A stretch of 64,000 nucleotides of DNA from Candidatus Polarisedimenticolaceae bacterium (GTDB lineage: Bacteria; Acidobacteriota; Polarisedimenticolia; Polarisedimenticolales; DASRJG01): assembly GCA_036275915.1 (NCBI GenBank), contig DASUCV010000015.1:12394-76393 (forward strand), given 5' to 3'. Made by a program: the position numbers and the translations under genes. Shown here in pieces: positions 26,162-35,335 of this stretch (within the stretch, counting starts at the first letter, position 1; each line of letters begins with the position of its first letter). The notes beneath the pieces were generated by a model. That model was not told the DNA's origin and did no database searches. It saw only the letters and a program-made list of their open reading frames with translations.

Positions 26162-26685
26162 GGACTTCGGTCTTCTGCGGCGTCAGCGTCGACGGCTATC
26201 TGGCGCGTCCCGACGGAGCGCTGGACTTTCTCGATGAAGGCGGCAACGAGCCCCACGGCTACGAGGAGTTCTTCGCGTCGGTCGACGTGCTCGTCATCGG
26301 CCGCAAGACGTACGAGACCGTGCTCGGATTCGGGACGTGGCCCTACGGCGAGAAGCCGGTCTTCGTCCTCTCCTCCCGGCCGCTCGTTCCACCACCCGCG
26401 GGATCGCTCGTCGAGCGGCTTTCCGGTACCCCTCGCGAAATCGTGGCGACGCTCGCGGCGCGCGGTTCTCGCCACGCGTACGTCGACGGCGGGATCACGA
26501 TCCAGCGGTTTCTCGCCGCGGGCCAGATCCAGCGTCTCACCGTCACACGCGTCCCGGTGTTGATCGGGAGCGGGATTCCCCTCTTCGGCACTCTTCCCGC
26601 AGACATCCGCTTGAAGCACGTGATGACACGCTCGTTCAGGAACGGACTCGTGCAGAGCGAGTACGAGGTCGTCCTCGTCGAATGA
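26158..26685 (+). CDS. Dihydrofolate-reductase-like (RibD C-terminal domain) family protein, second copy
   Basis: The ATG at 26158 overlaps the previous stop. Motifs: VSVDGYLARPDG, VLVIGRKTYE and YVDGG..IQ.FL..G.I..L.VT.VPVLIGSGIPLF. Confidence 0.85.
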   Translation: MRTSVFCGVSVDGYLARPDGALDFLDEGGNEPHGYEEFFASVDVLVIGRKTYETVLGFGTWPYGEKPVFVLSSRPLVPPPAGSLVERLSGTPREIVATLAARGSRHAYVDGGITIQRFLAAGQIQRLTVTRVPVLIGSGIPLFGTLPADIRLKHVMTRSFRNGLVQSEYEVVLVE

Positions 26686-29600
26686 TCAGTGGCAGCTCGA
26701 GGCGACGCGCGCCTTTTGCGCTGAAGGCTCGCCGTACGACGACTCTTTGACACCGTCGAAGTACTGGACGAGGTAGAAGAACACCTGGCCGGGAGCGGGA
26801 ATCGCCTGGTCGGCCTGTCCCGCTGCGCTCAGACCGGTCGCGCCGAGACAGACCGTCGTCCCCAGGTCGACGTTCGACCCTGCGACGCGAAGCTGGTCGA
26901 GGCTTCCGCGCACCACGTCGAAGTGCTGCGCTTGTTGGACCGGATTCCACGTCACCTGCGTCAACGATCGTCCGGAGACGTGCAAGGTGATCGGATCCAC
27001 GACCCCGTTCTGATCGTGCGGAACGTTGACGACATCTCCGGCGGTCGCGGAGTTGCCCGAGGCATCGGTCGCGCGGTACCGGATCGTGTAGTCCCGCCCA
27101 GGGCCGTCTCCGGCGCGCTCCGCGCGCAAGAGCACGTCGAGATCCGTCGTCCCGATCGCAGCGCCCTGGATGTCGTCGGTCGTCTGACCGTCGCCGTTGC
27201 CCGCCGCATCGTCGGGCTCGCTCGAGAGGACCGCATCGAGCGTCAGGCGTGGAGCGGGATCGCAGAGATCGTGAACGGTCACCGTGCTGTGGACCGCCTG
27301 CATGGCGTGATTCGGCGGCCACAATTGGCGCGGGCTCGTGTCGACCGTCAAGACGGGGGCGATCGTGTCCACGACGTCGACGAGGACGTCGTCGGTTCCC
27401 GTCTCGCCGGACCGGTCGGTCACGCGAAGCGTGATGCGGTGGACTCCGAGCGACATCGGAAGATCGAGCGTCACGCCGGTTCCGAGCACGCGTTCCGAGG
27501 GAGAGCCGAGGCCCTCGAGCCACTCGAACGAGACGATGTCGTCGTTCGTCCCGGGGGTCGAGTCGTCGTCGGTCGACGCCAGGCCGCTCAAGTGCACCAC
27601 GCTGCCTCCGGGTCCGGCACACTCCAGCGTCTGATCGGGCCCCGCCTGCGCGACCGGTGCGTGGCACGGGGACCGGCTCTCGATCACGAGGTGCACGTCG
27701 TCGAGGGCGGCCATGATGAAGTTGATCGAGCCCTCCTGTTCGAACACGATCGTGATCGCCTGTCCTTCGAGCGTCTGGAGGAGGCCGGTGACGTCGACCG
27801 AGCGTGCGTTCGGGCCCGGCTGCATCGGTGGATCGCCGGGCCTCGTGACGAAGACGTCCGTGGCAGTTCCTCCAGCAGTGATCTGCACGCGCCATTCCTG
27901 CGATGGGTGCGTGAAATTGGATGCGTAGTTGTACACCCGGTCCGACCAGACGAGCGTCGCACGATCGACCTGCGCCGGAACGGTCACGACCTGACTCAAG
28001 CGGACGGGCCCGAGCCGCAACTGGAAACCCAGAGCGTCGTGGGATCCGGAAATTGGTGGGATCGGGCCGGTCGGCACGGGCGGACGGATCGTCCCGTCGT
28101 TCAGCCGGAAGCTCCCAGCCGGCGAGCTCGGAACCGTCCACCCGGTGAACCCGTTCTCGAACCCGCCGTTCTGCACGAGATCGGTCCTGACCCGATTGGG
28201 GACGTGGGGACACGAATCGCAACGGTCGCCGTACCCGTCGCCATCGAGATCCGATTGGTCCGGGTTCGCCACGTCGGCGCAGTTGTCGCATGCGTCGCCG
28301 ACGCCGTCTCCGTCCCGGTCGGATTGATCTCCGGTCGCGAGCAACGGGCAGTTGTCTGCACCGTCGAGGACGCCGTCGTGGTCGGTGTCCGGATCCCGCG
28401 GATTCGTCCTCGTGACGGCGATCTCGACGCCGTCGCCGAGGCCGTCATCGTCGGTATCGGCGTTGAGCGGGTCGGTGTGCGCGGCCTGTTCGGCTAGGTT
28501 GTCGAGCCCATCGCCATCCGGGTCGGCGTGCTGCTCGCCGGGAACGAGGGGATTGAAGCCGTGAGCGACCTCGAACCCGTCCAGCAAGCCGTCGCCGTCG
28601 GTGTCGGGGTTGTCCGGATCCGTCCCGTGGATCGCTTCGTCGTCGTCGCTGAGTCCATCGCCGTCACGATCTCGCGGCGTGCGGAAACAGATGCCGGTCG
28701 GTTGGATGTCCCCCACGGTTAGCCCGCGAAGCTCGGCGCCGGTCATCGCATCGAAGACGCGGAGCTCGTGATACGACGGGACGTACAGCCGCCGTCCCTC
28801 GTAATCCAAGGCGATGAGATCGTAACCGTACCAGGTATCCACGGTCCGCGTGAACGCGGGCGCCGTCCGGAACTCAGCGGTGACAGGGTCATACACGAAC
28901 GCTTGGACCGAACCAGGGACCGGTGTCGTGGAGCCGCCATCGGACCGCACGTAGTACCGCGTGCCGTCGGTAGAGAAGACGCCCGAATTGCCTCCAGGAC
29001 TGGCGAGAGCCCGTTGGCTGACCGGCGTGATCCCGGGGATACGGAACGAGAGCGCTGCGGCGGAGGTGCTCCCGCTGACGGTCAGGATCGCTACTCCCGA
29101 TCGCGCATCCGGCGCGCAGTTCACGTTCACCGGATACGACGTCGTGCTGAGGACCTCGCCGGTATCGCTCACATGTCCTTGATCGTCGATCGTGAGCCGG
29201 CGGACCTGGTTCGGGGTGAACGTCGTGACCAGGATGGAGCCGTCGCGGCACACGTCCACCGCGTCGCATTGCGCCGTGCCGAGATCGAATGTGCCGATCT
29301 CCGCTCGGGCTGCCGTGTCGACGATCGAGAGCGTTCCCGACGGGTAGTAATAGCTGCAGGTCAAGAGGAAACGGCCATCGGCGGTGGCCGCGAGGTCGCC
29401 GCCCCGGCTCGTGATCGGGATCGGATTGGTTCCCGGGGCGAACGCCGGCGGGTTCGCTGCGGGATCGACGACCCAGATGTGATTCTGTGAGTCGGTCATG
29501 TAACCGAGATGGCCGTCGGGCGCCATGACGCAATCCGCGTTGCCCGAGTTGCCGGCGTAAACCCTTCCCGCGGTCGCGTACGCGTGAGAGTCGACGACCG

Positions 29601-32600
29601 TCGTGTAGAACGTCTCGGCCACCATTCCGTATTCAGGGCGATGGTCGTCGGCGGGATCGAGAGGGTTCGTCCCCTGATAGATCTCGTTTCCGTCGGTGGT
29701 CCCCCCGCCGTCGGTGTCCGGCTTCAACGGATCGGTTCCGTACTGGTGGACCTCGGCACCGTCGTCGATGTCGTCATGATCGGTATCGGGGTCGCGCGGG
29801 TTCGTACCACGCGCCACTTCGTCCGCGTTCGTGAGGCCGTCGCCGTCGATGTCGCCACCGGGGTCGCCGAGAAACTCGATCGTCTTCGCCGCGCCGCGGA
29901 TCGCGAAGTCGTCGAAATACCACCACGCATCGGAACGGAAGGTGTTGACGGTGAAATAGACTTCGATGACCGAGCCGGCGAACGCCGAAAGATCGAGCGA
30001 AACCGGCGTGTAGCCGCCCAAGAGGCCCCGGAACTCCGCGAGCGAAGCTCCCGTCGTCGCATTCGACACGACGATGCTCCCCGACGCGGAAGTCGGTGAG
30101 CCTGAGTACCAGTTATTGAGCTCGAGCCGAGGCGAACTGCCCGCAGCGAGGCCGAATCGCTCGGAGACGAGTGCCGAACTGAAGCCATAGAAGGAATACG
30201 GTGCGTAGATCCCCCAGGCGTTGACGCCGGAAGCCGCTTGGTACGGGCCGCTTGTCGGCGGGCCCCAGGTCCAACCGCTGCTGTCGTCCGCGAGATGAAA
30301 CGGCCCCGGGCTCGATTCGAAATCGTAGACGACGTCGCCGGGAACCCCGATCCCAATCTGCTCGGTGTCCTGGCCACCGCAATGCACGACTTCCGCGGAG
30401 GGGTCGACAACGCTCAACGTGACGAGCCCGTTCACGAACTCGACGAGCGCGCGGTTCGTACCGCCGCCTTGGACGAGAATGCCCTGGCCTGCCGAAGCAC
30501 CGAAAACCGCCGAGCCATCGACCGTCAACGTGACGCGCACTCCGGTCAGCTGATCCAGCAGCCGACCGTTGCGCTGATCCACGAGCCGATAGGTCACCTG
30601 CGACGGCTGTCCCGCGATCGAGAAATTCGACCCGCTCGGCATCGCTTCCAAGGGAAGGTGAGGCGTCGGGTCGCACGCGTCGCCGATCCCATCGCCTTCC
30701 GCGTCGGCCTGATCGGGGTTCGGCACGTCGGGGCAGTTGTCGGTCGCGTCGAACACGCCGTCGTGATCGGGATCATCGCAGGCGTCGCCGATTCCGTTCG
30801 GATGGACGACGTCGGCCTGGTCGGCGTTCACCGTCAACGGGCAGTTGTCGGAGCCGTCGGGGACGCCGTCGCCATCGGAGTCGGCGACGTAGGGATCGGT
30901 TCCTTGTGCGACCTCCTGGGCGTTCGTCGCGCCGTCTCCGTCGGGGTCGTCGCCGGGGACCAGGAACTCGATCGACTTCCCGTTGCCGCGGATCGCGAAG
31001 TCGTCGATGTACCAGCCGGGTGCGGTCTCGCCGTAGTAGCTCCGGAACGCGAATGCGATCTGGATCTCTTGGCCCGCGAAGCCGGCGAGGCTGAGAGACT
31101 TCCTCTGATACCCGCCTTCGGAACCCTGGAGGATGTCGAGATACGTCCAGCCGCTCGAGAAGTCCGCCGACGCCTCGATGTCCCCCTCGTCATTCCCCGC
31201 CGCGCTGAACCAGCTCCGCAACTCGACGCGTGGAGTTCCCAATTGATCGAGGCGGATCCGAGGCGAGGTGAGGCGGGCGTTCATCCCTTGCGGGTAGTCG
31301 CCGGCCAGGTTCGTCGCCCAGACGTTCGTTCCAGAGAAAGCTTGCCCCGGTCCGGACGTCGGCGCGCCGAGCTCCCACGCGTCGTTCGTCCCCGAGTGCG
31401 TAAACGAGCCACCGCCGCTCTCGAAGTCCTCGAAGATGTCGAGCGGAATCGCGATCCCGTTGTGCTCGGTATCTTGTCCGCCGACGACCACGACCTCCGC
31501 GGTGCCGTCGCTCACGGACAGAGTGACGAGCCCGTGGACGAACTCGACGAGCGCCCGGTTCGTGCCGCCTCCGCTCAACAGGATTCCTTGGCTTGCAGCG
31601 TTGCCGAAGGTCGCCGATCGGGCGAGGGTCAACGTGACCCGCACGCCTGCGAGCTGGTCGAGGAGATGACCGTCCGCCGGATCGACGAGCCGGTAGGTCA
31701 CCTGGACAGGCTGACTGGTGAGCGCGAAATCTGCGCCGGTCGGTTTGCATTCGAGCGCAATCGTCGGATAGGGATCGCACGCATCGCCGAGCGAGTCGCC
31801 GTCGGTGTTGACCTGGCTCGGATTCGCCAGGTCCGGGCAATTGTCGGTCGCATCGAAAACGCCGTCGCCGTCGGGGTCGTCGCAAGCATCGCCACGCCCG
31901 TTGGGGTGGACGAGGTCGGCCTGCGTCGGGTTCGCAATCGTCGGGCAGTTATCGCTCCCGTCGAGGACACCGTCGTCGTCGGTGTCGGGAAGCGTGGGAT
32001 CGCTGCCGGTGGTGTGGACCTCCGTCCCGTCGTCGAGGCCGTCGCCATCCGTGTCCGCGTTCGTCGGATCGGTGTGCGCCGCTTGCTCGGCAAGATTGTC
32101 GAGCCCGTCGCCGTCCGGGTCCTGCGCTTGCTCGCCGGGGACGAGGGGATTGAAGCCGTAGCGGATCTCGAACCCATCCAGCAGCCCGTCACCGTCGGTG
32201 TCCGGGTTCGTCGGGTCCGTCCCGTGGTCGAGCTCGTCGACGTCGTCGATGCCGTCGCGGTCCAGATCGGTGTAGGGCCGGAAGCAGATCCCGGTGGACG
32301 CCGAAAGTGGCGCGATGGCGATCGGCGCCTGAGCCTCGCCGGTTGCGGCGTCGAAGACGCTCACCTGCTGGAACTCCGGCACGTAGAGCCTGTTCCCGGT
32401 GTGATCGAGCGCGAGCTGCTGGATGCCGATGTACGAGTTCGTGGCGCCGACGAAGAGGGTGAACTGCGGCGTGTCACCGAGCCGACTGGTCCTTTGATCG
32501 TACGTGTACGCCTCGACGCTCCCGTAATACTCGCGGACATAAAACCTCCGACCGTCGCTCGACATGGCACCTGTTCCGGCGCCGTACTCGGTCAGGGATC

Positions 32601-33300
32601 GGCTTGTCACCTGGCTCAACCCAGGCACGCGGAAGGCCACAATGGAGTCCGCAGATATCGCCACCCCTGAATGCGCGTCCGGCGAGCACTTCACATCATA
32701 AGGAGCGAACAACGACAGGAAATCGGATGTGGGCTGGAGGTGGCCGGAAGCGTCGAGGACCAATCGTTTCACGCCGTAAACATCGGCCAGGAGCACCGTG
32801 CCGTCCGAGCAAACGTCAACCGAGAACGGGCTGCCGCCAGGTGAGTACGTACTGCGCTCGACCCGTGCGGCAGCGTCGACTACGGAGAGCGGTGACGTGC
32901 CGAAGGCGTTGTTGATCACCAAGAACCGCCCGTCCGCGGTCGCCGCGATATCGCCGCTCCTCATCGAGATCGGAATGGGATTCGTACCCGACGCGAGCCG
33001 CGGCGGCGTCGTCGAGAGATCGAGGACCCAAAGGTGAAAGTGACCATCGGTCACATAGCCCAGCCTGCCATCGGGCGAGACGACGCAAGCGCCGGAGGTG
33101 CCGGCATCGAGGATTACGCTTCCTCGCGCCGACGGGGGATTCGCCTCGAGGGCGAACGCCGTCGCCCCGGCGTTCAGAACGATCCCGGGATCGGGCTGCG
33201 AGCTGGGTGTGACCGGCAGCACCTTGCGTTGATTGAGGCCGGCCCGCGCGGCCGTCGCGCAGACGACGCCGGCGATGAGCATGGCGGTGCGACGGTTCAT
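26686..33300 (-). CDS. Giant secreted repeat protein (2204 aa): 2x beta-propeller, multiple thrombospondin type-3 (Ca-binding) repeat clusters, 2x MAM/'choice-of-anchor'-like beta-sandwich, PKD-like domain, C-terminal 'FYLV' module
   Basis: Start at ATG 33300 (MNRRTAMLIAGVVCATAARA signal peptide). DxDxDGxxDxxD repeats occur throughout. The internal duplication is visible at both DNA and protein level. The 316-aa N-terminal extension of track ORF 26686..34248 overlaps opposite-strand genes and was rejected. Confidence 0.9.
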   Translation of the reverse strand: MNRRTAMLIAGVVCATAARAGLNQRKVLPVTPSSQPDPGIVLNAGATAFALEANPPSARGSVILDAGTSGACVVSPDGRLGYVTDGHFHLWVLDLSTTPPRLASGTNPIPISMRSGDIAATADGRFLVINNAFGTSPLSVVDAAARVERSTYSPGGSPFSVDVCSDGTVLLADVYGVKRLVLDASGHLQPTSDFLSLFAPYDVKCSPDAHSGVAISADSIVAFRVPGLSQVTSRSLTEYGAGTGAMSSDGRRFYVREYYGSVEAYTYDQRTSRLGDTPQFTLFVGATNSYIGIQQLALDHTGNRLYVPEFQQVSVFDAATGEAQAPIAIAPLSASTGICFRPYTDLDRDGIDDVDELDHGTDPTNPDTDGDGLLDGFEIRYGFNPLVPGEQAQDPDGDGLDNLAEQAAHTDPTNADTDGDGLDDGTEVHTTGSDPTLPDTDDDGVLDGSDNCPTIANPTQADLVHPNGRGDACDDPDGDGVFDATDNCPDLANPSQVNTDGDSLGDACDPYPTIALECKPTGADFALTSQPVQVTYRLVDPADGHLLDQLAGVRVTLTLARSATFGNAASQGILLSGGGTNRALVEFVHGLVTLSVSDGTAEVVVVGGQDTEHNGIAIPLDIFEDFESGGGSFTHSGTNDAWELGAPTSGPGQAFSGTNVWATNLAGDYPQGMNARLTSPRIRLDQLGTPRVELRSWFSAAGNDEGDIEASADFSSGWTYLDILQGSEGGYQRKSLSLAGFAGQEIQIAFAFRSYYGETAPGWYIDDFAIRGNGKSIEFLVPGDDPDGDGATNAQEVAQGTDPYVADSDGDGVPDGSDNCPLTVNADQADVVHPNGIGDACDDPDHDGVFDATDNCPDVPNPDQADAEGDGIGDACDPTPHLPLEAMPSGSNFSIAGQPSQVTYRLVDQRNGRLLDQLTGVRVTLTVDGSAVFGASAGQGILVQGGGTNRALVEFVNGLVTLSVVDPSAEVVHCGGQDTEQIGIGVPGDVVYDFESSPGPFHLADDSSGWTWGPPTSGPYQAASGVNAWGIYAPYSFYGFSSALVSERFGLAAGSSPRLELNNWYSGSPTSASGSIVVSNATTGASLAEFRGLLGGYTPVSLDLSAFAGSVIEVYFTVNTFRSDAWWYFDDFAIRGAAKTIEFLGDPGGDIDGDGLTNADEVARGTNPRDPDTDHDDIDDGAEVHQYGTDPLKPDTDGGGTTDGNEIYQGTNPLDPADDHRPEYGMVAETFYTTVVDSHAYATAGRVYAGNSGNADCVMAPDGHLGYMTDSQNHIWVVDPAANPPAFAPGTNPIPITSRGGDLAATADGRFLLTCSYYYPSGTLSIVDTAARAEIGTFDLGTAQCDAVDVCRDGSILVTTFTPNQVRRLTIDDQGHVSDTGEVLSTTSYPVNVNCAPDARSGVAILTVSGSTSAAALSFRIPGITPVSQRALASPGGNSGVFSTDGTRYYVRSDGGSTTPVPGSVQAFVYDPVTAEFRTAPAFTRTVDTWYGYDLIALDYEGRRLYVPSYHELRVFDAMTGAELRGLTVGDIQPTGICFRTPRDRDGDGLSDDDEAIHGTDPDNPDTDGDGLLDGFEVAHGFNPLVPGEQHADPDGDGLDNLAEQAAHTDPLNADTDDDGLGDGVEIAVTRTNPRDPDTDHDGVLDGADNCPLLATGDQSDRDGDGVGDACDNCADVANPDQSDLDGDGYGDRCDSCPHVPNRVRTDLVQNGGFENGFTGWTVPSSPAGSFRLNDGTIRPPVPTGPIPPISGSHDALGFQLRLGPVRLSQVVTVPAQVDRATLVWSDRVYNYASNFTHPSQEWRVQITAGGTATDVFVTRPGDPPMQPGPNARSVDVTGLLQTLEGQAITIVFEQEGSINFIMAALDDVHLVIESRSPCHAPVAQAGPDQTLECAGPGGSVVHLSGLASTDDDSTPGTNDDIVSFEWLEGLGSPSERVLGTGVTLDLPMSLGVHRITLRVTDRSGETGTDDVLVDVVDTIAPVLTVDTSPRQLWPPNHAMQAVHSTVTVHDLCDPAPRLTLDAVLSSEPDDAAGNGDGQTTDDIQGAAIGTTDLDVLLRAERAGDGPGRDYTIRYRATDASGNSATAGDVVNVPHDQNGVVDPITLHVSGRSLTQVTWNPVQQAQHFDVVRGSLDQLRVAGSNVDLGTTVCLGATGLSAAGQADQAIPAPGQVFFYLVQYFDGVKESSYGEPSAQKARVASSCH

Positions 33301-33453
33301 CTGCAGTCCCCCCCCCAAGAATGCTGGCAGGAATATACGTTGAGCGGGCGGCGCCGTGGACCCGAATGGTCCTGATGAGGCCCCATCGATTACCCGTTGC
33401 CTTCCGCTCCTCGCCTTCTGCACAATGAACGCCCTCCCCACAGGAGATCGTCC

Positions 33454-33897
33454 ATGCGCCTCGCCCTCGTCCTCGCCGCGGCCTTGTTCCCGGCCGGTCC
33501 GTTCTTCGCCACCGATCAGGCCGACGTGATGGCCGTGGCCCAGAAGTTCGTCGACGGCTTCAACAGCGGCGACACGAAGTCGGCGCTGGCGACGTGCGCC
33601 GAGAACGCGATGATCATCGACGAGTTCCCGCCCCACGCGTGGACCGGGTGCGGCGCGTGGGCCGCCGCGTACGACGCCGATGCGAAGAAGAACGGGATCT
33701 CCGACGGCGTCGTCACGCTCGGAAAGCCGAAACATGTCGACGTCAGCGGCGACCGGGCATACGCCGTCTTTCAGGCCGACTACGCGTACAAGCAGAAGGG
33801 AAAGTCGATCATGGAGTCCGGGTCGATCTACACCTTTGCGTTCCAGAAGAGCCCCAGCGGCTGGCGGATCGTCGGCTGGACCTGGGCGAAGTACTGA
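33454..33897 (+). CDS. SnoaL-like/NTF2-fold (DUF4440-like) secreted protein
   Basis: The ATG at 33454 is preceded by AGGAG. A signal peptide is followed by VAQKFVDGFNSGD...A...F.F.K...GWRIVGW, typical of NTF2-like proteins. Confidence 0.75.
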   Translation: MRLALVLAAALFPAGPFFATDQADVMAVAQKFVDGFNSGDTKSALATCAENAMIIDEFPPHAWTGCGAWAAAYDADAKKNGISDGVVTLGKPKHVDVSGDRAYAVFQADYAYKQKGKSIMESGSIYTFAFQKSPSGWRIVGWTWAKY

Positions 33898-33907
33898 GCC
33901 GCATCTT

Positions 33908-34309
33908 TTGGGTACGCACGGCATCGGCCCGTTCGAAGGCGACGACGCGGCGGACTGGGCCGCCGGTCTCGTCGAATCCGACACCATCGACTCGGTGGCG
34001 GAGGCGCTCATGTCCCTTCTCTTGAAGAAGGATGAGCCGCCCGAGGCCCCCGCCTGCGCGCGGGCGATCGCGGCCGCCGAGATCGTCGCCGCCCTCTCGG
34101 GCCGCGGTGCCGACGATCTTCCGGAAGAGATCCGGCGCTGGGCGGCGTACCGCCTGGGGACCGCCGACCCCGAGCTGGTGTCGGCCGCTGCCCGCGCCAT
34201 CGACGCCGTCCTCATCGGCTCCGAGCTCGACGAGCTGTGGAAGGACACCGATCACTACGCCGCCTGGCGGGCGCGGCTCGCCGACCTGTCGCGGCGGCTC
34301 CAACCGTGA
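33908..34309 (+). CDS. DUF4259-family protein
   Basis: The N-terminus G.HGIGPFEGDDAADWA matches the DUF4259 consensus (GTWG.GPFDND.A.D). The TTG start is inferred. Confidence 0.62.
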   Translation: MGTHGIGPFEGDDAADWAAGLVESDTIDSVAEALMSLLLKKDEPPEAPACARAIAAAEIVAALSGRGADDLPEEIRRWAAYRLGTADPELVSAAARAIDAVLIGSELDELWKDTDHYAAWRARLADLSRRLQP

Positions 34310-35268
34310 TCCTCGCGGCCGTTCTCGCCACGGCCGCCCTCGCAAGGGAGCCGGTGGGCACGACGCCTCACTTCGCCTTCTACAGCGACTTCCAGACGAA
34401 TCTCAACGACGCCCTCGTGGCGGCAGGTCTCGCAAGGAAGCGGCACGAGCCCGAGGCGTTCCAGAAGGGCGACGAGGCGGCATGCTTCGCGAAGCTCTCG
34501 ACGCAGGAGCGCGCGGCGTGGGACGCGGCGGTCTCGTACTACGAGACGGCGGTGTCCTCGTCGTCGTGGGACGCGCGCGAGCAATACCTGATCCGGATGC
34601 AGCTCGCCGGCTACGACGGCGAGATCAAGACCGGCGACGACGCGCGCCTCGTCGGGCTCGCCCGCTCCATGCGCGAATCCGCAGCTCCCGCCTACGAGGC
34701 GTGCCGGTGGAAGGCGCAACAGGCGGCGAACCACGGGTGGATCGATGCGCTGCGAGCGCAGCTCACGAAGGACGAAGCGCGAATCGCGGCGCGGCTCGAG
34801 AAGCTCTACGGGAAGACGTGGCCGAAGCTGCCGATCCCGGTCGACGTCGTCCAGGTCGTCAACTTCGCGGGCGCGAACTCGATCATCGATCCGCCGCACC
34901 TCCTCGTCGCGGTCGAGAACGAGGGCCTATCGGGACTCGAGGTCGTCTTCCACGAGGCGTCGCACATCCTGATGGCGCGCGGCGATCCGGTGCAGAAGGC
35001 GCTCGCCGATGCCGCCGCGGCGTCGGGCAAGCGGCTCCCGCCGGACCTCTGGCACGCCGTCCTCTTCTTCACGACCGGCGAGGCGGTGCGCGCCGTTCTC
35101 GCGGAAGACGGCGTCGCATACACACCGATGGTCGAAGCGCTCTACAAGCGCGGCTCATGGGCCGAGGACAAGGACGCGATCGAGAAGGCGTGGCGCCCCT
35201 ACGTCGAGGGGAAGCGCGACCTGGCATCCGCCGCGTCGGCGCTCCTCGCGGAGATGCCGGCGAAATGA
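34306..35268 (+). CDS. Putative secreted HExxH-motif protein (possible zinc metalloprotease), unknown family
   Basis: The GTG at 34306 overlaps the previous stop (GTGA); an alternative ATG lies at 34237. Signal-like N-terminus VILAAVLATAALA. Motif VVFHEASHIL. Confidence 0.68.
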   Translation: MILAAVLATAALAREPVGTTPHFAFYSDFQTNLNDALVAAGLARKRHEPEAFQKGDEAACFAKLSTQERAAWDAAVSYYETAVSSSSWDAREQYLIRMQLAGYDGEIKTGDDARLVGLARSMRESAAPAYEACRWKAQQAANHGWIDALRAQLTKDEARIAARLEKLYGKTWPKLPIPVDVVQVVNFAGANSIIDPPHLLVAVENEGLSGLEVVFHEASHILMARGDPVQKALADAAAASGKRLPPDLWHAVLFFTTGEAVRAVLAEDGVAYTPMVEALYKRGSWAEDKDAIEKAWRPYVEGKRDLASAASALLAEMPAK

Positions 35269-35335
35269 AGTAGAAGCGTGTGGTCGCAACTCTCGACGCC
35301 GGAGCCCGTAAGAAGATAGTGACGGAGGCACACCG

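Noticed and set aside
27000-32300. Regularly spaced GAC/GGC-rich short repeats that could look like a CRISPR-like or satellite array
   Set aside because: They are in frame within the giant gene and encode thrombospondin type-3 DxDxDGxxDxxD calcium-binding repeats. No spacer/repeat structure is present.
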